Shown here: positions 59,044 to 64,000 of the stretch, in pieces
Layout: each line of letters opens with the position of its first letter
Position numbering within the stretch: the stretch's first letter is position 1
NCBI GenBank assembly: GCA_943704425.1
Contig: CALSCP010002121.1
Coordinates: forward strand, 106,624-170,623
Direction: 5' to 3'
Source: Ministeria vibrans ATCC 50519
Lineage: Eukaryota; Protista; Filasterea
Length of the DNA: 64,000 bases
Position numbers and translations under genes: made by a program
The notes under the pieces: model-generated
Database searches by the model: none
Seen by the model: only the letters and a program-made list of their open reading frames with translations
Told to the model about the DNA's origin: nothing

Positions 59044-59697
59044 AGTTGTGAACCGAAGTACAAATAGTGGGTGATCAGTGATGAGCATGAGAGTGCAGAC
59101 TGATGAGTTTTAATGCTATTAGTACAACTGATGCGGAAGCCGATTGGCCGAAGTCCGATCCTTGGATGAGTAATGAGTTGGATCAGTATTTATTCAGTTG
59201 GCTCCATGTGGCTGGCTCAGCACTCCTACAACTAAGGTTTGGAAATTGGAGAATACATCTTATGATCGAGCGCCGCTAGCATCGCGCAAACGAATAAAAG
59301 AGTGATACACTCTCCAGTGATCTGAGTGAGAGTGTCAGTGAGTGTCACAGACTCACGTATCACAGCCACTCACAGTAGTGACAGTACCAACATTGCAGCT
59401 TTCGGCCTTGATCAGACTGCAAATATTTATCCGAACACCTCCTCCCCTCCCCTTCTCCGGGGCACCTAGGAGGCGGGATGCTGGACGGTGAATTGGAAAC
59501 TGCTCAATCGGAGGGAGCGCCATGTCTGATGTCGCAGTAGAATGTCGGCACTACTTATAGTTTCGCAAAGGCCGTTGTTCCTGTGGTCTGTGATAAAATT
59601 GGCTTTATTTTCAGGTTTTTCATTATTCATTATTGGCTTTATTCAGTTTATTGCACTTTTTTTTTCCAATCTCGCATCTTTCCCTCGTCACACAAGC

Positions 59698-61532
59698 ATG
59701 TCATCAGAACGATTGAGCCGCCAGATGGACGAACGAGAGGCGTGGTTGGCTCGCTGGAATGACTCTAAACTTACAGATTTCGACCGCGCTGCGTCCGAAC
59801 CCGGCTCGGACGAGTGCCGGTCGCTGATCCTCAACGACGTCCACATCGACTTGGAACTTGCACGCTTTGCGCCTTTGGTCGACGCAACGGACGCTCCAAC
59901 GATCGTTTCCAATGGGTATGCAAGCGGCTAAAAATCGCGTGCAGAAACGCCTAACCGCAACTCTTCTCGTAGGCAGCCGTGCGTTGTGTTCTACAGCCAG
60001 GCAGGGGGCATGCGAATGTCACACATTCAGGAGGGCGGACGGCAATCGCCTGGCAACGTTCTGCTTGTCATCTGTCCCACCTGGCTGTCCAAGCGCGACG
60101 GGAAAGTGTTTTGCACTCAAGGCATGTTTGTCAAGTCATCCCATCCGAAAAGAAATATTATTATTCTTATGATTGTTTTTGTTTAGGCATCTCTATGGAT
60201 CAATACCAACGCACCACTATGCGCCGATACCATCCACCACGACTTGTCACGTACTTTGTCAACATGATGAATTTTGCGACCACGAACGGCTGGCGCAACG
60301 ACGGCGTCCAATTTACGGAGAGTGTTGAGACTCCGCTGTCGTCGAGCGAGGCGCTGAGCAACGCCATTGGCGACAAGCTCAACGTCGGCGTGCTCTTAGG
60401 ATGCACTACCAGTGTCCGCGTTCCCGTCACTCTCGCCTTCATGTACCGTCCGCTGCTCGAGTATGCCAAGTCGAGTGAGGTCCGTGTGCTCACCCTCGAC
60501 TCGCTCGACCTCGACGCGGCTTACTACGAGCGCGAGGTCGCTTCCTTCCTTGCCGCGCAACAACCACGCATTGCCCGCGTCGTCGTGAAACCAACAGGCG
60601 TGAGCTTTCACCAGTCGTTTGGCGTATCCTTTCATTGGTCCAATGAGGTGAAAATAAATCATTATAAAATTAATAATTATTATAATAACAATAATAAATT
60701 TTAACTGACATCCATCACTCAGGTGTCTCAAATTGCGGCTGCGCTGCGCGGACTGTCGGATCATCTGAAAGCTGGCGACGGCATGTTGGTGGAGGAGTAT
60801 CTGCAGGCGTGCCCATCGAAGACGACCATGAACGACTTTGACCGCATGCTGGTGGACAACACACGCGAGCAGTTGGGCCCCGACGCGACGTCTGTGGGTC
60901 AGCTGCGTGCACACCGTCTTCGTGTAATTGTGGCGCGCACCGCCGACGATCGTGCTGTGGCCGCGCCGCCCGTCTGCGGCATTGGCATGGCAGGCGTGCC
61001 CATTGGCGGTCACAATACCTTTGCCGTCACTTTTGACGTGTTCTGCGACTTGAGCGACATTCCGCAGGGCGACCTGCGCGAGCGACTGCGCTCAGACATT
61101 CGCCGCACTGGCGCCGACTCACTCATGGCGCTAATCCGTGCCGAGCCTAAGTGGCGTTCGGCCGACAGCCCGCGCTCGCAGACGGACAACATTGGCCTGG
61201 ACGTCATCCTTGGAGTCGCGACCGACGGTACCATCTCGCCGGCGGTCATTGAAATCAACGACCACGACTGCACCGCCTTCTCGCAGGAACTCAGTTCGGG
61301 TCTCAGCAAGTACAATGGCATCTTTGTGCGCACTTGGATCACCAACGGCCTCCACCGCAGCGTCCGCTATCTCCTCTCCAAGCGCACCATTGCCATCATA
61401 GGCAACCTCGACATCCACCACTCCACCTTACCCCGTCTGCTCGCTGGCCATCTCCACGGTCTCTCCATTGTTCACATTGTCTCCGTCTGCTCTTCCCCCG
61501 AACAATTGGTACGGAGTACATATCGTGCACTT

Positions 61533-61605
<73 letters not shown>

Positions 61606-62858
61606 TAGAGAGAAAGAGCACGCTGGTTTTCATACTATTTCTTCACCATTTATAGGCAGCACTACAGGCGGGTGATGCTTACGTGCAGGTGTTGGTGCGC
61701 GACGTGTGCGATACCAAGGAGATCATCGAGGCACTCAAAGCATCTAATCGCACTGTTGACGGAGTTCTTGCGGCGCGTGAAGATACAGTCGCGGTAACGG
61801 CGGACCTGTCGCACCAAATGGGTCTGTTTGAGCGCACAGGCGACCCTGCCAGTCTGAAGCGGGCGACACGTGCACTGGTGCGCACCGCCTTCCTGAAGCG
61901 CATGGCCGACATGCTGGCCGTGAGCATTAACCACGTCACAAACCCAGGTGAGGTTGCGCCCTTGTACACCGTCGCCGTCAAGGACCGCAGCGAATTGGTG
62001 TTGCTGGTGGGCGACGCTGATGCGCGCGCTCGCTTGACCAAGGCCGAACGCAAGGCTGATCTGGAAGTGAAGATCCACGGTGCCAACGCAACAGTTGTGT
62101 CACTGCCGGCCGTGCTCAAGCTTGACAATACCTCAAACGACCCGCAGTGTACGCTCATTACCTCGCTGAAAGACCTCGACGATCGCAAGCAGGAGGTTTC
62201 CGAGATTCTCGCACGCGCGACAGCGACCAACTCGGCCGTACTGGAGGCGTACGCGTATGGCAGCGAGCACGGCGTGGCCATTGTGCTCTTTGACGCCAAG
62301 ACACTGGGAAGCGTTGTGATCGATTACGGCAGCGGCATCTACCCCAACCTTCCGGCGGCGTCGGCGCAGATGCCCTCGCTACTGTCGGACGAAGCGCAAG
62401 AGCGCATGACTAGCTTGGCCAGCGACCTGCTGTTCCACCTGGGTCTGCGCAACGGCGTCTACTTTCTCAAGTTCCGCCACTCGACCCGCGCGCCCTCGCT
62501 CACCAGCCTGCGCATGGTCCCCTGGTCCTCGTGGCTGTGCGACTGGGTGCGCCTCACAACTGGCTACGATCTTACCGTGGCAGCCCTGGCCGTCGCCGCT
62601 GGCATCCACCCGCCACCCTTCATCGTAAATACCCAAAAGGAACCTCTGTGCTTCATCAAGGGTATCATTGTCAGCGACCAAGAGGCGAGGGACATCCCCA
62701 GCACCGTCGACGACGCCATCCTCACCGTCGCTCGTGCCCCCGCCTCCCACGCCGCCATCGTCTACACCCACAGCGCATCCGCCTACGACGCCCACGCCAG
62801 CCTCACCACCGCACTTCGCACCCTGGGTCTCACTGATCTTGCTCAGCGTGCCCAGTAA
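59698..62858 (+). CDS. Carnosine synthase 1-like tandem ATP-grasp protein
   Basis: Motifs CPTWLS, PPRLVTYFV, VPVTLAF.Y.P, VVKPTG, QTDNIGLD and VIEINDHDC, then a second degenerate ATP-grasp (LPAVLKL, GSEHGV, GLRNGV). Confidence 0.75.
61533..61606. repeat. Intronic (AGAGAGAGAT)n repeat
   Basis: Visible directly; lies in a CARNS1-like intron. Confidence 0.95.
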
Positions 62859-63524
62859 CGAAAAAAAAAGAAAAAGAAGAAAAAAAGCGTGTATTCTTGG
62901 GATCAGGTTGTTTTATTATCTATTATTATTAAAAAAAGAAACCCCAAACAAAAGACTCTTGAATGAAAATAATTATTATTGAAAACCAACAAAAGAAGAA
63001 CAAGAAAAAAGAATAAAGTTCAAGGGTTTCAGAGGGGCTTAGCAGCAATGACACTTATCCCCTGATCAGTGGACATAACGCGATTGATCAGGTAACCCGG
63101 CCTCCGGTCTGAACGTGACTCACGTGAGCCGCAAACTGCGCCTGATTGTTGCTGCGTTCGCGCCCATAAATATTGGTCGTGATGGGGCAGTGGTTATCAC
63201 TTCTAATCTCGCTGACTACTTAGCAAAATACATTAATTCAGAGACTATAGTCGGAGACTACAGACTACTAACTCCCAAGGTAGTCAAACTGTAGTCTTGG
63301 CCACCCTTAATTATTTTGCGGGCCAACTGTGGCTCCTTCCTTGCGTTCTATGGCGAATCTATGGCCGTATTGAGTTCATAACTGAGGTGTTGTTTTGGAG
63401 ATGTTTTGCAACAAGCAGGAAACAAGCAGTAACAAGGCGAGTTCACGTATATATTCACTCTCATAAGCGCCTGGCTCCACTCTCAGTTGATAACAAGTCT
63501 CTCTCCCCCGCTCGCTCCACCTTC

Positions 63525-63966
63525 CTACTGCCGGACGTACTCCACGCAGTATTCGGGGTAGGCCATGTGCCGATCGTACACAACGAACTCGCGAAACCTC
63601 TCCAAGTACGTGGCACGCGCGTCCTCGCGCTTGGATGGCGCCACAATACTGTCGCAGCGGTTGTCAACGCACAAGTGTGGATCAAAGTGGCCCTTCACGC
63701 ACGGGGGGCGCACGATGTTGCTGTTGCTCGCGTAGACCGTGTGCGGCTTGCCCACCACGACACGGCACACAAAAATGATTAAGCGTTGTCCACGGCAGTA
63801 GTGATCGCTCTTCGACGACCTAAAACAAAGGTGGTTATCAGTGCGTGAGAACAACGGCGTCCAAAAATCTCGTACTTCTCCGCAAAGTAGCAGCCCCGTC
63901 CAAACAAACCCGCATTAGACACACGCTCCTCAAATCCCTGTTGCTTGATCTGCTCAAAGAACAGCT
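63525..63966 (-). CDS. PARP catalytic-domain protein, 3' end only (5' part lies outside the window)
   Basis: Motifs GLFGRGCYFAE, SSKSDHYC, FVCRVVVG, CDSIV and REFVVYD...YPEY. Confidence 0.85.
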
Positions 63967-64000
63967 CCTAAAACACGATAAAAGTATAACATTAATCATA

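Noticed and set aside
59074-59135. Hammerhead-like CTGATGAG and a tiny TGATGA...CTGA pair
   Set aside because: There is no GAAA core with supporting stems, and the C/D spacing is too short for a snoRNA.
63010-63065. TPP riboswitch-like CTGAAACCCTTGAACTT on the minus strand
   Set aside because: It lacks the downstream GAT...TAAT...GCG.AGG core, and no thiamine gene is adjacent.

Overview
This is gene-dense, intron-rich eukaryotic DNA with GC-rich exons, short GT-AG introns (mostly 60-250 nt) and many (GA)n, (TAA)n and (TG)n microsatellites. It holds about 27 protein-coding genes, often less than 200 bp apart. The gene set includes IFT80, an animal-like Na,K-ATPase, INTS8, TXNDC12, a CARNS1-like ligase, a Notch-type EGF receptor and a fungal-style bifunctional ADE5,7. 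That mix suggests a flagellated unicellular opisthokont, probably a holozoan (inference only). Four observations stand out. (1) The INTS8-like gene ends in three tandemly duplicated introns, two of them in the 3' UTR, each hosting a SNORD27/snR74-like box C/D snoRNA. (2) A ~1420-aa single-pass receptor has five EGF modules each split between Cys3 and Cys4 by a repeated ~120-140-aa domain I do not recognise, plus a PY/PDZ tail. (3) The Na,K-ATPase carries the M5 Asn->Lys change (SSKIPE) known from reduced-stoichiometry osmoregulatory pumps of animals. (4) Several genes have unusual architectures: UBA-UBX-LRR, MYND-Kintoun-like, NuiA-like, and a tail-to-tail pair of signal-anchored PhyH dioxygenases. 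Gene models were built by eye from splice signals and reading-frame phase. Family calls rest on recalled motifs; no database searches were run.
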